A stretch of 64,000 nt of DNA, taken from NCBI GenBank assembly GCA_964016885.1, contig OZ024741.1:297848001-297912000 (forward strand). The letters run 5' to 3'. The stretch comes from Eledone cirrhosa. Lineage: Eukaryota. The notes under the pieces are model-generated. The model saw only the letters and a list, made by a program, of their open reading frames with translations. It had not been told where the DNA came from and searched no databases. Shown here in pieces: positions 26,695 through 39,730 of this stretch. Position numbers and translations under genes: made by a program. Each line of letters opens with the position of its first letter. Positions within the stretch are counted from its first letter, which is position 1.

Positions 26695-27960
26695 GATAGC
26701 AACTAACAGTGCTGCGATCGAATGTGGCTTTTTAGCCCAGCCAATGATCCAAAATGTCTTGCACAGAGTCGGCAACCAAAACATTTACTGGGAATAGTCG
26801 GCTGTGGTTGGAGTTCGTGTACTTTTGCATGTCGCTTGAGTCCTCCTGCTGATTTACATTCTCTACCACATGTTTGGCAAGCATGATGAGTAGCATCTCC
26901 AACAGCAGCCTGGTAGTCAACCACTGGTCTTACTTTATGACTGCGAAGATGACTTTCGAGTCCAGCTTTGCTTAGGCAGAGTCTCGCACAGACGCTGCAT
27001 GTCAGAAACATAGGAGGACCCTCGCCGTCTGGAAGTGCAACAGCAATACCCTTCCTCACGTCCCGCTTTACTTTCTCGTGTGCGATTCGAGATGCCTCAA
27101 AGGCAACTTTTCCCTCATATACAGTCTTTCTCCATTTATTACGATCAGCAGCAACATTTTCCCATGTATCAGCAGAGATGTTAGCGTCTTTCAGAGAGGC
27201 CTTCAAGGAATCCTTATACCTCTTTTTTGGTTTATGTGGCGGTCGTTTTCCTTTAACCAACTCTCCATAGAAGAGTTGTTTTGGTATTCTAGAATCCTTC
27301 ATCCTGGCAAGGTGACCACTCCAACGGAGTCGCTGCTTAAGCACAAGAGCTTCTATACTGTCACACATAGAGCTTTCCAAAATCTCGACATCACTGATGT
27401 GGTCCCTCCAGCGAACGCCATGTATCCGTCTGAGACACATCTGATGGAAACGCTCCAATTGCTTAAGGTGGCGTCGATATGTGACCCAGGTCTCGCAGGC
27501 ATAAAGAAGACAAGAGAGTACACATGCCCTGTACACCCTTACCTTTGTCCTCCTGCATATGTCTCGCCGACCCCAGAGTCGCCTTTCTAGCTTTCCGAAA
27601 GCATCACTTGCTTTCCTAATCCTAAGTGAGATTTCACTGTCAAGGTTGCCGTATCGATTGACAGTGCTTCCCAGGTAGACAAACTGATCAACCACTCCAA
27701 GTCGTTTGCCATACACATAGATGTTTGGTTCAGTGTACTGCCCACCAGGTGCAGGTTGGTACATGACGACGGTTTTCTTGAGACTGACAGTCAAACCCAG
27801 GGCAGTGCAAGCGTCAGAAAATACATTCAAAATGTGCTGCATATCACTCTCTGTGTGCGCTACAAGATCGCAATCATCTGCATACAAGAGGTCTCTTATG
27901 ACTGATGTAAATACTTTTGTCTTCGCAGCAAAGCGCCTGATGTTAAATATGCTGCCTGAG
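26445..27960 (-). mobile_element. RTE/BovB-type LINE 3' part with three C2H2 fingers
   Basis: LYADD, FVYLGS, RLRWSGHLARM; CSVC..H..H, CQTC..H..H, CRLC..H..H. A probable 3' terminus (ggccatactcgataacgagggggcagccatc) lies at 26445-26480, beyond a microsatellite block. Confidence 0.92.
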
Positions 27961-29060
27961 GTTCGTTTTCGAGTACGGCCACTACCTTATATCCATGTAG
28001 GAGAACCCCTACCAATGCGCTGAACAAGTGTGACTTTTTAGTCCAGCCAGCAACTTGAAAACTCTGGTACAAACACTACACTTGTGATAATTATTGACAC
28101 ATAGTGCTGGGCCCATAGCACCATGTGATAACAAGTGCAGAGAGATCTCCAGATATAAAGCAATGCCTGTGCCGTGAAGCTTTTATAGCGAGCAAAGGCA
28201 CTGCACAAAGCCAGTCCCACTCTCTTAACCAAGATGATATTTACCAAAAAGAAGAACAAGTCAACAATTTCTTTATTATGGCGACAAGGAAGGTCGCTTG
28301 ACCACGTCTTGACCAAACAAAATATAATATTTTCACCCAAAACTGCCCTTTAAACACATGTCAGATGGATTACAATATTCATTATCACAACTACTTTGAC
28401 TGTTCCCTGACAAATAGTACCAGTTTCAAGATAGAATTATCTTAACGAAGTATATTTAATTTGACTTGATTTTCGCCAACAAACCACGTGTGGACATGGA
28501 CGGGAAAAAAGGAAAAAAACAAAACAAATCACTACATTCCTTAAGGATCGCAGTAAGTACTCCACAAAACATATAAACAACAATATAACAGATTTATATA
28601 CAGATACATACCATATGCATATACACACACCTGAAAAGAAACCACACTATTTCGTGTGAGACACTATACCGGCCAATTTTACCAATCTACATTGGTAAAA
28701 TATTTCTTAACATTGACTTCGCTTCTAACCCACATACACCTTTTAATTATATATATATACTAGCAGCTGAAAGTTAATAATTTAAAAAAATATATATATA
28801 TTATTGAAAGTTTATTATAAAGAAGCAGTATCAGGGAAAAAAAAAAAAAACGTTATTTCGCTGTTAATAAACAACTGCCTTCTACAGTACGTTTCATTTA
28901 ACTTACACAGCATATTTATTTGCTTACATGCACAGACTCTTCTACACACACACAACATTTAAGAAAACGGAAACAAAATACACAAACAAACAGACATTTT
29001 ATTTCTATCGTAATCAAGGGCGCTAAACCTATATTGTTTACATTCTGTGTTTTTCTACGG

Positions 29061-30347
29061 ATGGGTAGAAATAACAAAATTGCCATGGTGATATCCATCG
29101 ATGAAATATGCGACAAAACTGGCCGATGTCCCAAAATAGAACATTGCCCAGAAAATCACATCTGCCATATCTGTGCGGAACCCGAAAACTCGTTCCGTAA
29201 TCGCTGGGTCGAATGTGGAACCTGTCGCATCTCTGTCTGCCTTCAATGCGCCACAGGCTTCCGGAGGATCCCAGGCCAAAAAAAGAGACATCATAATGCT
29301 ATGATGGATGGAATATGGGAGATGGTCCAGCTAAAATCCTGGTCCTTTCAGTGCCTGGCCTGTGTGCCTGCCTCCACTAATGTTATTGAAAAACAACAAC
29401 AACAACAAAAACCAATGACTGTGTCTTCCTCTACCATTGTTACTGAACAACGGCAAAAACCTATGACACTGGCTTCTATTGCTGTTCCTGTGGGAGAACA
29501 TCAGCAACAACAACAACCCATGTCTTCCACTCCCAGTACATCTCGACACCAACAACTGGTGACTGTGTCTTCCCCTACCATTCCCATGGAAGAACATCAT
29601 CATCACCAACAACAACAACAACAACAGCAACAACCTGCGACTGTGTCCTCCCCTGCCATTCCCGTGGAGGAACATCATCATCACCAACGACAGCAGCAGC
29701 AGCAACAACAACAACCGACCAGTACAGATTTTGCGGAACTGCAACTAATGATTTCTGCTCTGAGAAGGGAAGTTGCAGGAATAGAGGCAAGCATTCGGGT
29801 AGGACCCCAGAATGAGGGGTCTTATCGGAATGCCTTGCTAAAGAATCTCCCTGTACCTCTTGCTGAAAAGACTGAAAAGACTGCAGAATCTGCTACCCAT
29901 GAAGTGATTGCCATTGGGGTACCAGAGGACAAGGCTGATCTTCAGGCATTTGCTGCCAGCTCAGCCAAAGACCTAGGCTGTGTTCCCCCAAAGGGTGCTC
30001 TCCGCCTTGGTCGACCTGGTCCAAAACCCAGACTCATCAGGCTGTCTTTTTCGGACCCCGCAGAGGCAACCTCATATCATCTGGCCTCTGCTAAAGCTGG
30101 GCGTGAAAATCGGATTACCTTCCGAACACGCCCAGGCCTACCACCCCATGTACGTCCAAATCTATGTGCTGCAGCTTCCTTGAATCGGAACTCAGCACAA
30201 GATGAAAGTTTTAGTCTGCGTGATGATGGGCAGATCTGGAGGTTTGTCAAGGCTGGTGAAACGTGGAAGAGAGATACCAGCTGGTCTGAGTGTGATCTAC
30301 CCACAATAACTGGCAATGTAAAAACTGCTACAACTCTGGGAAACTAA
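29061..30347 (+). CDS. LINE ORF1 (PHD-like finger, polyQ/H repeats, coiled coil, RRM-like C-terminus)
   Basis: First ATG at 29061; CHIC...ECGTC...CLQC...CLAC; VIAIGVPE; RLGR..PKPRLIRLSF. Confidence 0.8.
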   Translation: MGRNNKIAMVISIDEICDKTGRCPKIEHCPENHICHICAEPENSFRNRWVECGTCRISVCLQCATGFRRIPGQKKRHHNAMMDGIWEMVQLKSWSFQCLACVPASTNVIEKQQQQQKPMTVSSSTIVTEQRQKPMTLASIAVPVGEHQQQQQPMSSTPSTSRHQQLVTVSSPTIPMEEHHHHQQQQQQQQQPATVSSPAIPVEEHHHHQRQQQQQQQQPTSTDFAELQLMISALRREVAGIEASIRVGPQNEGSYRNALLKNLPVPLAEKTEKTAESATHEVIAIGVPEDKADLQAFAASSAKDLGCVPPKGALRLGRPGPKPRLIRLSFSDPAEATSYHLASAKAGRENRITFRTRPGLPPHVRPNLCAAASLNRNSAQDESFSLRDDGQIWRFVKAGETWKRDTSWSECDLPTITGNVKTATTLGN

Positions 30348-33169
30348 ACCAGAACAACCTGCCACCCTCTACACACCATCATAAACTGCGAGCAGGGTAC
30401 AAATTGTTGTCCTTAAATGCTCGCAGTTTATGCAACAAGATACATCTGTTCGAATCCTACGTCAGAAGCATCGACCCTGACTTCATCACAGTCACGGAAA
30501 CATGGGCACATTCCTTACTCTGTGATGGGGTTTTCAGCATTACTGGGTACAACCTTTTCCGCAAGGACCGCATTAACCGCCGTGGTGGTGGTGTGATGGT
30601 CTACGTTCGTTCAAACTTTTCAGTAATTCCTTGCGTTGATATGAACGAATCACAGGAAGAAGTTTTTTTCTGTGACATACGTATGACCATGTCAACACTT
30701 CTGCTTGGTGTTGTTTATCGCCCCCCAAACTACCATCAGGACACACAGCTTTGCGATATCCTCAGAGTTGCTGCCAAGAAAACAGCCACTTATGTGTTTA
30801 TTGCAGGTGACTTCAATCATCCTGAGATCGATTGGGAAACCTTTCGTTGGCCACAAGGTGCAAACGATTTCCTTGAACTAGTGCTGGACTCAAACTGGTC
30901 ACAAGTAGTCACCTCTCCAACAAGAGGTGACAACACTTTGGACCTGATCTTCACCACTACTCCTGAAGTGGTTATCAGTTGTACTACTGAGGAACCTCTA
31001 GGCGACTCTGATCATGCTATGATCATTGCCAATCTGGCACTTGAGGGCAGCAACAAAAACCAGAGCCATCTCCAATCTGCTTGCTTTGATTGGAAGAGGG
31101 CGGATTGGAACTTGTACTGCACTGAGCTACAGCGCCCAAACTAGCATGAGATGTATAACTCTGGAGATGTGAACTCTATACTCCAGAGCATCCTGGACTC
31201 AATATGGATAGCGTGTGCAGCATCAGTGCCACGGAAGCGGAAAAATAACCACCCCAAAAGTGCAATCTGGGAAACTTCAGCGGTCCGACTTGCCAGGAAA
31301 GAACGTCGGAACGCTGAACGGGAATATAAACTGCATAAATCAGATGCCAACAGAAAAAAGCGGAATAAATCTTCTAACCATCTCAAGCAAGTGACAAAGA
31401 AGGCAGTGCTTGAATTTGAACAGTGCATCGCAACCAATCCTGACAGTAAGGTGTTCTGGAAATATGTTCATTCAAAGCAGAGACCTCACTCTCCAGTTGG
31501 TCCTCTTCGCAATCCCCACACAAGCCAGATCACTGACGATCCCAAGGAATGCGCAGAACTCATTGCTGAGTGCTATGCAAGTATTTTTACTGTTGAAAAC
31601 CAGAATGTACCATCTCCACCATCTCTAACATCAAATTCCATAACAACTATGGAATTTACACCTGCAATGTTGCGACGTCACCTTAAGAATAAGCGCAACT
31701 ATGCCTCCCCTGGTCTTGATGGTGTGACATACCTGCTTTTCAAACGTGGCGGGTATTTCCTTTTGCACCAGCTTTCTTTCTTCTTTCAATACTGTCTCAA
31801 CAATGGTGCTACTCCGGAGCAGTGGAAAACTGCCAGTGTCATTCCCCTGTTCAAAAAGGGTAACCGCATGTCACCTGTCAACTATCGTCCAGTCAGTCTT
31901 ACTAGCTGTATGGCCAAACTGATGGAATCCTGTGTCAGAGAAACACTTTGGAACTTCTGGAGCTCTCACAGCCTCATCCGGCCCTCACAGTTTGGATTTA
32001 TCCCTAACTCCAGCTGCTGTGATCAGCTTATCGAGTTCCTTGAGGACATCACCCGGATCACTGACAGCGGCTCATGGGTGGATGTTGTTTACCTTGACTT
32101 TGCTAAGGCTTTTAATTCTGTGCCACACAAAAGAATTATGGCAAAACTCTCTGCAATGGGTGTGAGGGATGATCTTTTCGACTGGTTGAAATCCTTCATT
32201 CTCAGCCGAAAGGAAGTAGTCACGGTTTTAGGACAGCATTCTTCACCATATGAGATGTCATCTGGTGTACCACAGGGATCTGTTCTTGGTCCTCTTTTGT
32301 TTGTGGCATATATTAATGACATAGGTGCCAACTTACAGAATGCCACGGTACTAAAATATGCAGATGACATCAAGCTGTACCTTGAAATCAAAAGGACTGA
32401 TCCTGAAATTTACAACTCTTTCCTACAATTGGACCTGGACACAATGCAGCAATGGATCACAGACTGGCAACTGAAGCTGGCTGTTGATAAGTGTACCACC
32501 ATGCATTTTGGGAGGAAAAATCCAGCGTCCACATACTCCCTCCACAACACTGATATCAAAAAGTCCTCTTGTGAACGTGACCTGGGCATTACTGTCAGCA
32601 ACGATTTGCGTTGGACAAAGCATGTCTCTAAGATTGTCAAGAAGGCCGAGGGTGTCTTGGCATCACTCAGCAAGACCTTTGTTAGCTGCTCTCCAGCCAT
32701 CTATTTAAAACTGTATACAGCTATGGTGCGACCACACTTGGAATTCGCATCATCAGTCTGGAAGCCCTATCTTGCTCAGAACATTGACCTCCTGGAAACT
32801 GTTCAGAGACGTGCAACCAAGCGCATACCCTCCATCAGACACCTACCATACTCTGAACGCCTTGCTTCCCTGGCCATGGATTCATTGAAGCTCCGACGTC
32901 TGGCAATGGACTTGGTGAATACCCACAAAGTTTTTAACCATCTCGCCAATTGCAACCCTGAGCGCCTCTTTGATCTCCATGTGTCTAACACACGTGGACA
33001 TGCCTACAAAATCAGAAAACAGCACAGCTCCCATGACTTTCGTAGACATTTTTTCACGCTCAGAGATGCTGAAGCATGGAACAAACTGCCTGCGTCAATT
33101 GTTAGCTGCCGAGACACTGCATACTTTAAAACCCTCATGCTTCCCGAAATACGCCAAAACTACACCTGA
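30338..33169 (+). pseudogene. LINE ORF2 (APE endonuclease + RT) with a single in-frame TAG at 31142
   Basis: NARS, TETW, GDFN, LDL, SDH; YLDFAKAFNSV, GVPQGSVLGP, YADD. ORFs 30404 and 31151 are in the same frame. Confidence 0.92.
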
Positions 33170-33528
33170 TGTACCCCTTCCATACACATGCACACATGTG
33201 TGTATCATGACTCGTGCACTTTTCATTTTACTGATGTTTGTGCATTGCCCTATGTACTGTAACAATTACTATTGTTGTTGTTATTATATCATGACTCATA
33301 CACTGTTCATTTTCCTGACATTTGTACATTATTCTATGTACTATACATGCACCTTTGATGAGTTGTAGTGCACCTGAGCACTGTACACAATAATTTCATT
33401 ATTATTATTATTATTATCATTGGATACCATCAGGGTTGCAGGTGTTATATCAGAGTTTTCCTTCTTCTAGAATTCTGCCTTGACAAAGGCTAAGGGGTCA
33501 TCTCTCCCGAATGTATATATATACATAC

Positions 33529-33606
<78 letters not shown>

Positions 33607-34574
33607 ATATGTGTGTGTGTGTATGTATGTATATATATATGCATGTGTATATATATGCATATATATGTATGTATATACGCATGTATATATATATATATAT
33701 GTGTGTGTGGAAACGTATACATATATAAACATATATAACATACATGCTACATACATACAAGTACTGTCCATTAATTGAACTGTAAAAATATGTAAAACAT
33801 TTCAGAAATTCAGCATGTAATAACTGCATATAATATGTATAGATACAGTAACATATGCACACATAAAACTCAAAACATACAGATCTACACGCGCTATAAC
33901 ACCCATATTTGTACACACACAAACACATATAGACATACATACTTATTTACCTAGTTGATGTCTAAATTCCAATGAAAGAGTCTTGTTTCTGTTAGAAACC
34001 AACTTTCTCTATTGGGGAAAAGATTATAAAATAATAAAACCAGAAGAACATACATGCATGCATGCATACACACATTCATGCATACATACATACATACATA
34101 CATACATACATACATACATACATACATACATACATACATACACACATTATGGCAGCATCTCAGTTTCGAGAATTGCCATCCCTTGTCTATTTTCTCATAT
34201 ATGGGTGGCACGAACATGACTTTTTAGCCCTGCCAAGGACTTAGATTCCTGTCTGCATATACTGTAGCAAAAGTGCAAAGAAAAGGCATGCTCACACAAT
34301 ACATGTGAAAATTGTTTAGATCAAGTGATACCTGTGCTTGAAACATTTATAAGTGAACCTTGCACTTGACCAATCTCTCTCTGAACAACAGTGAAAGTTA
34401 TCCAAAAAGAACAGGTCAACATTATTGGCTGCCATCAAGTCGCAGGTTTTACATCAGAGTTTTCCTTCTAGAATGATGTTCTAACAACAACTTGGGGTCT
34501 CTCACACACAGTGGGCTAACCAAGCGCTTGGACACCAAACTAAGTCCCCACGCATATATATATGTGTGTGTGTG

Positions 34575-34800
34575 GAGGCATGTGGCTTAGTGGTAAGGGT
34601 GTTGGACCTACGATCATAATGTTGTGGGTTCGATTCCTAAAGGACTCCTCCTGGACAGGACACCAGTCCATCACTGGGTTAAACCCAGCGATGGACTGGT
34701 GTCCTGTCCAGGGGGAGTCCTTTACCCTCAGTCGCTTCACGCCATGAAACTGGGATAAGCACTGGCCAAATGAGCCTTCTGGCTTAAGACAGACTTTAAA
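34575..34800 (+). mobile_element. tRNA-SINE (family C) with an internal 87-bp palindrome
   Basis: Head TGGCTTAGTGG...GGTTCGATTCC; the 3' part matches 61159-61275; palindrome at 34638-34724. Confidence 0.75.
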
Positions 34801-36606
34801 CTTTATATATAAATATATATAAATATATATATATACCATTTATGCTATGATGTTTAACAATGGGTAGAAATGGTCATTCTGGTTAGTAAACGATGATGCA
34901 AATCATCCATTGTAGATGTGGTATCCTGTAGCTGGTGTAAGAATGGAGTTAAATATTCATTTGAAATCAATAGACAGTCGGACTGGAAACATTTTTTAAT
35001 GTATAATTTTGTGAAAACATTATATGTATTTCAATGGCCCAGTTTCATCATTCAATCATGATGCAAGCCTTGGGTGATTGCAAAATGAGCTATATAAGAT
35101 AACAGGATTATGGCAGACACAAACAGAGAATAGAAAATAGATTTGGTTCAGGGATGGTTTGCCAACTCAGTGTTATTGTAACAGCTAGCCATCCCTGAAT
35201 TCATTTCACATTGCAGCAGGTTATTCAGCTGTAAAAATGAGTTGCAACATCACAGATCACCAGCTGTATTGGCCATTGCCTTTCCCTTGGATAATATTGG
35301 TGGGATGGAGAGGGGAGACCAGTATGCATGGGTGACTGCTGGTCTTTGACAAACAACCTTGCCCAGATTTATACCTTGGAGGGGAACTTTCTAAGTACAA
35401 ATCCCATGGTCATTTGTGACCGAAGGGGGTCTTTACCCTTTTACCCTTTACATTACAGCTATAATGTGTTGTACTCATAAGTCTACCCTCTCTATTTCTA
35501 TATATCAGTAGATTCTGGTCACAATGGAGGTGATGCAGTTGCTCTCCTTCCTACACAAAATTAGGGTTTATTTTAAGGACATTTTTGAACTGCATAAAAC
35601 TTGAGGCAGGTGCCAAGATCCAGTATTTAGTATTCTTTGAGCCTGAGAAGCATTTTTTGTGGACAATTTTAACATTGTTGTGAATATTTTAGATCTTTTA
35701 ACTATCATTTACCATGTAAGCACATGTAGTATTTGACACAAAATATGAACTTACTGCACAAAATTAGACTTCAAGCTATACAATCAGAGGTTAACTGTAT
35801 ATTAGAATAATCACTGCACAAATTGACCAGAGAATGACAAATTTATAAAATTGAAGTCCTCTTACCAAATAACAGAAGGCTTTACTCACTATAAATTGTC
35901 CATTCACCAGTGTTTAATAAGGTGATTACTTGAAAGTCATCCTGAGAAACACTGTCAACGAGCTCACACAAAATGTTTACTATTATGGAGAGGAAGGTGG
36001 CAGATCGGCAGAATCGTTAGAGCATTGGAAAAATACTTAGCATCATTTAGACATGATATGAAATGAATTGGAGTGTGTAAAAATGTCCATAAAATTGTAG
36101 GAATCTCAAATGCAGAAATAGCTGTAAAACAGCCAGCTGCTATTATGAATAGCAAAGGGGTTGGGTTAAAATATAACCTCTTATGAACGGAAGGGCAGTC
36201 AGGATAGTCAGAAGAGGAGGAGAAGAAGAAGGAGGAGAAGGAGAAGTAGAAGAAGAATGAAAGGAATAGAGCATGAAGCATATGATGAGAGATCGGAGAG
36301 GTATATAGAGAGAGAAGAAAATAGGGAATGAGTGATAGAGCATAAAAGTTGACATGGAGAATTAAGAAAGATAAAACTGTCTTTTTACATTCTGAGTTCA
36401 AATCCTGCTGATGTCAAATTTTCCTTCGCATCTTTCCAGGCTCAATAATATAAAGTGCCAGTCAAGTATTAGGGTCAGTGTAATTGACTACCTCTCACCA
36501 CAAATTGTTGGCTTTGTGCCAAGTACCTAAATTAGAAATCATTGTAATCAGAAGTTCACTGCTCACCTTTCACTATCACTTTCTCCTTTGTATTATATTT
36601 CTCTCT

Positions 36607-36688
36607 AATCCTTACGGGGTCGATAAAATAAAGTACCAGTAATACACTGGGATAATTGCTGGCCTTGTGCCAAAAGTAGAAACAATTA
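36607..36688 (+). mobile_element. 5'-truncated SINE A with 18-bp TSD
   Basis: attatatttctctctaat at 36592-36609 and 36685-36702. Confidence 0.88.
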
Positions 36689-37322
36689 TATTTCTCTCTA
36701 ATTTTCTCACTTTCTCTTTTCAGGTCTAACCATTGGAGTGTGTGTTACCTTAATAGTTTTGTTCATAGTCATGGCCATTATAGTGTATAAACCGTACCAT
36801 GGTTCTGACAACCCAACGCCACAAATTCCTCACAGATCATTGGAGCCTGTAGCAACTTTCATTAACACAATATTTAATCCAGACAATGGACTCTAATCTT
36901 GGCAAACTTTAGAGCTGACATAAATGGCTCATACCAGTAATTATATACCTTCTCTACACACTGAAACGATGGATGATATACCATAGGGATTAAGTTCCGA
37001 GTAGCAGTCAACAGTTCATGGATATATTTCTTTCATTTCATTAGCGTAGTCACTGTTTCAGGAAAAGGCATTGACATCACAACTCCCATTTCTCAATCTC
37101 CTTGAGTATTTTTAAAACACATACCTGGAAAAAGTAACAAGGACCTGTTCTATTACACACTCCTCCCCTCATATATTATGTGATAGGTAACATTTAGAAT
37201 TTGAAAGACTATTAAAATAAACTAGCTGACACCATGGAAATTTCAGTTTAATTAGAAACAGTTTTAAAAATGAATATTGCACTTTAAAATTGTTATATAT
37301 ACCCTATAAACAAATCATATAT

Positions 37323-37450
37323 ACAGTACTTAACTACATATATAGAGTACTAAACTACATATGTACAGTACTTAACTACATATGTACAGTACTTAACTAC
37401 ATATGTACAGTACTTAACTACATATGTACAGTACTTAACTACATATATAC
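37323..37450. repeat. 21-bp minisatellite (acagtacttaactacatatgt) x ~6
   Basis: Direct reading. Confidence 0.9.
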
Positions 37451-37458
37451 AACACAAC

Positions 37459-37842
37459 AAAATTAGAAGTTTGAAAATTATGACAATGCAAAATGGGTGA
37501 ATAAAGAATGAAACAAGATGTTATGTGTTTTACCTTAATTTATTTACATGTCCTGATATTTCAAGATTAAGATCTCTTCTTCCGAGGAAAATAAAAGGGT
37601 CTAATCCAGTGTTCAATGTAGGGCCCTATACCATGCTGGCGGAAGTGGTTTTGATCTTCCACCAGCATGGTATAGCACGTTCCATCGAACATCGGATTAG
37701 TCCCTTTTATTTTCCTCGGAAGAAGAGATTTTAATCTTGAAATATCAGAACATATAAATAAATTAAAGTAAAACATATAACAGCTTGTTTCATTCTTTAT
37801 TCATCCATTTCACATTGTCGTGGTTTTCAAATTTCAAATTTT
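37459..37842. repeat. ~190-bp-arm imperfect fold-back
   Basis: Centre ~37650; arms such as ctcttcttccgaggaaaataaaaggg / cccttttattttcctcggaagaagag. Confidence 0.88.
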
Positions 37843-38722
37843 ATACACCATACACAATGCTTGAAATAAACTACAAATTCCTCCTAAATAGAATAAATTT
37901 AACAAAGGACTGAAACTACCAGACTGGAATATTTTACTCATTTATAATTTGTGGATAAATATTTTTCATGAAAGCAATTCCTCCCTCTTTTTCTATTTAT
38001 CTACCTCTTCATCTCTCAAGCACACACACATACATACACAAACACAAATACACATGTATATGAAACATAAATATACATAAGTTCATGCACACACACACTT
38101 CATGTGCGTATTCATAAACATATGTATACTCATACACATAAACATATATACGGACACAGTCATGGCTATGTGGTTAAAACTCTCACTTCACAACCATGTC
38201 ATTGGGGGTTTGATCCCACAGCACTGTACCTTAGATAATATATATAGTATCTTCTACTGTAGCCTTGAGTTAACCAATGCCTTGTCAGTGGCATTTGGTT
38301 AGTGGAAACTGTGGTAAAGCCATATAAGTGTGTGTATATGTATGTATGAGTCTGTGTGTGTACATGTCGCAATATCCGTAGGTGTGAAAAGGAAAAAAGA
38401 AAACAGTGCTCAATGAGGAAGAGAGCAGAAATATATTATTTATTTATGTTCATACATGGCACAAAGGTGGTACCGAAGGTTTCGAGGCTCAAATTTGTGC
38501 CTTGAAACCTTGGGCAGCACCTTTGTTCCGTGTATGAATATAAATAAATTTAGTGGATTGGCAGTATCTGTAAAGGGTCAGACGCCATGCTTTGGTCTTT
38601 ACGGTCTCAGTTCAAATCCTGCTGATGTTAATTTTGAATTTCATCCCTATGGAGTTGATAAAATAAATCACCAGTATTGCACTGGGATAATTGCTGGCTT
38701 TGTGCTAAAAGTAGAAACAATT

Positions 38723-38782
<60 letters not shown>

Positions 38783-38823
38783 ATGATATTAATAAATGGA
38801 AACTATATTTATAAAACAATATT

Positions 38824-38876
38824 TATTCTATTATATATATTTCAAGGGTACCAAAACGCTCTCATCAGATAAAATA
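38824..38876 (-). ncRNA. Type I hammerhead ribozyme (stem II partly deleted)
   Basis: TATTTTAT-CTGATGA-GAGCGTTTTGGTACCCTT-GAAA-TATATA-TA-ATAGAATA. Confidence 0.7.
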
Positions 38877-39572
38877 CAAAGTTTGTTTTATAAATATTGA
38901 CATATCCAGGAATGAGACCTTAACGGTTCAAGTTTCGCGTAGATAGTGAAAGGAAAGAGAGAAAAAGGGGAAAAGGGGAAGAACGGAAAAAACAAATATT
39001 TCAAATTATTTTGATGAATATGCAAATGAGGTTGGGGCGTAGGGCTGAAATAAATCGTTATTTTTAGACGCTAGGTAGATTTAAATAATTATTAGGATAT
39101 ATATATGTATATATAGGAAGAAGAAAGAAAGAAAAGCTTGTATTTATATTACTACGGTGTACGTGAATTTAAAAAAATTGAAACGTAAAAATTAAAAGTT
39201 TGTTGAAGTGGTGGAATATCAATCCAGAATTTTAAAAATATTTAGCTAAATCATGAGTTATAATATTATATATATAATCATTACAATTAGATTATATGAA
39301 GAATTATGATTGTAAGTACATTTTATCTTATTATATTACAAGTTGTAAGTATATGAATATCTATGTAGATTAATAAGTGTATAAATATAAATATTATTGG
39401 TGATTATATAGATATATAACACGCGTATTAATTTGTTTACATTTCTAATATGAGTTACGAAGGATGTTGATTTTACATTTTAAATATATATTTAAGAAAA
39501 GACGTAGTTTAAATTTTAAGAGAACATTTTCAAATAGTTTCATCAAAAATTGAAAATATTTACAGAACATGA

Positions 39573-39730
39573 AGTTGGCAGTATCGGTAGAAGGGTCGGA
39601 CGCCCTGCTTTGTAGCATAGAGTTATGGCCCTTTAACTTTGCCTTTCATCCTTACGGAGTCGATAAAATAAAGTACCAGTAATACACTGGGATAATTGCT
39701 GGCCTTGTGCCAAAAGTAGAAACAGTTATT
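39573..39730 (+). mobile_element. SINE A (internally deleted) inserted in the left arm of the PLE
   Basis: Absent from the corresponding position of the right arm (~41950). Confidence 0.88.

Larger units (their letters stand above)
28990..33418 (+). mobile_element. Near full-length CR1/L2-type LINE
   Basis: ORF1 + ORF2 + subrepeated 3' UTR + (ATT)n tail; the 5' boundary is uncertain. Confidence 0.92.

Noticed and set aside
27960-28920. Possible promoter or first exon of another gene
   Set aside because: Only isolated splice-like motifs; no coherent exon or recognisable peptide.
37323-37450. CRISPR-like array
   Set aside because: Contiguous repeats with no spacers, in a eukaryotic context.
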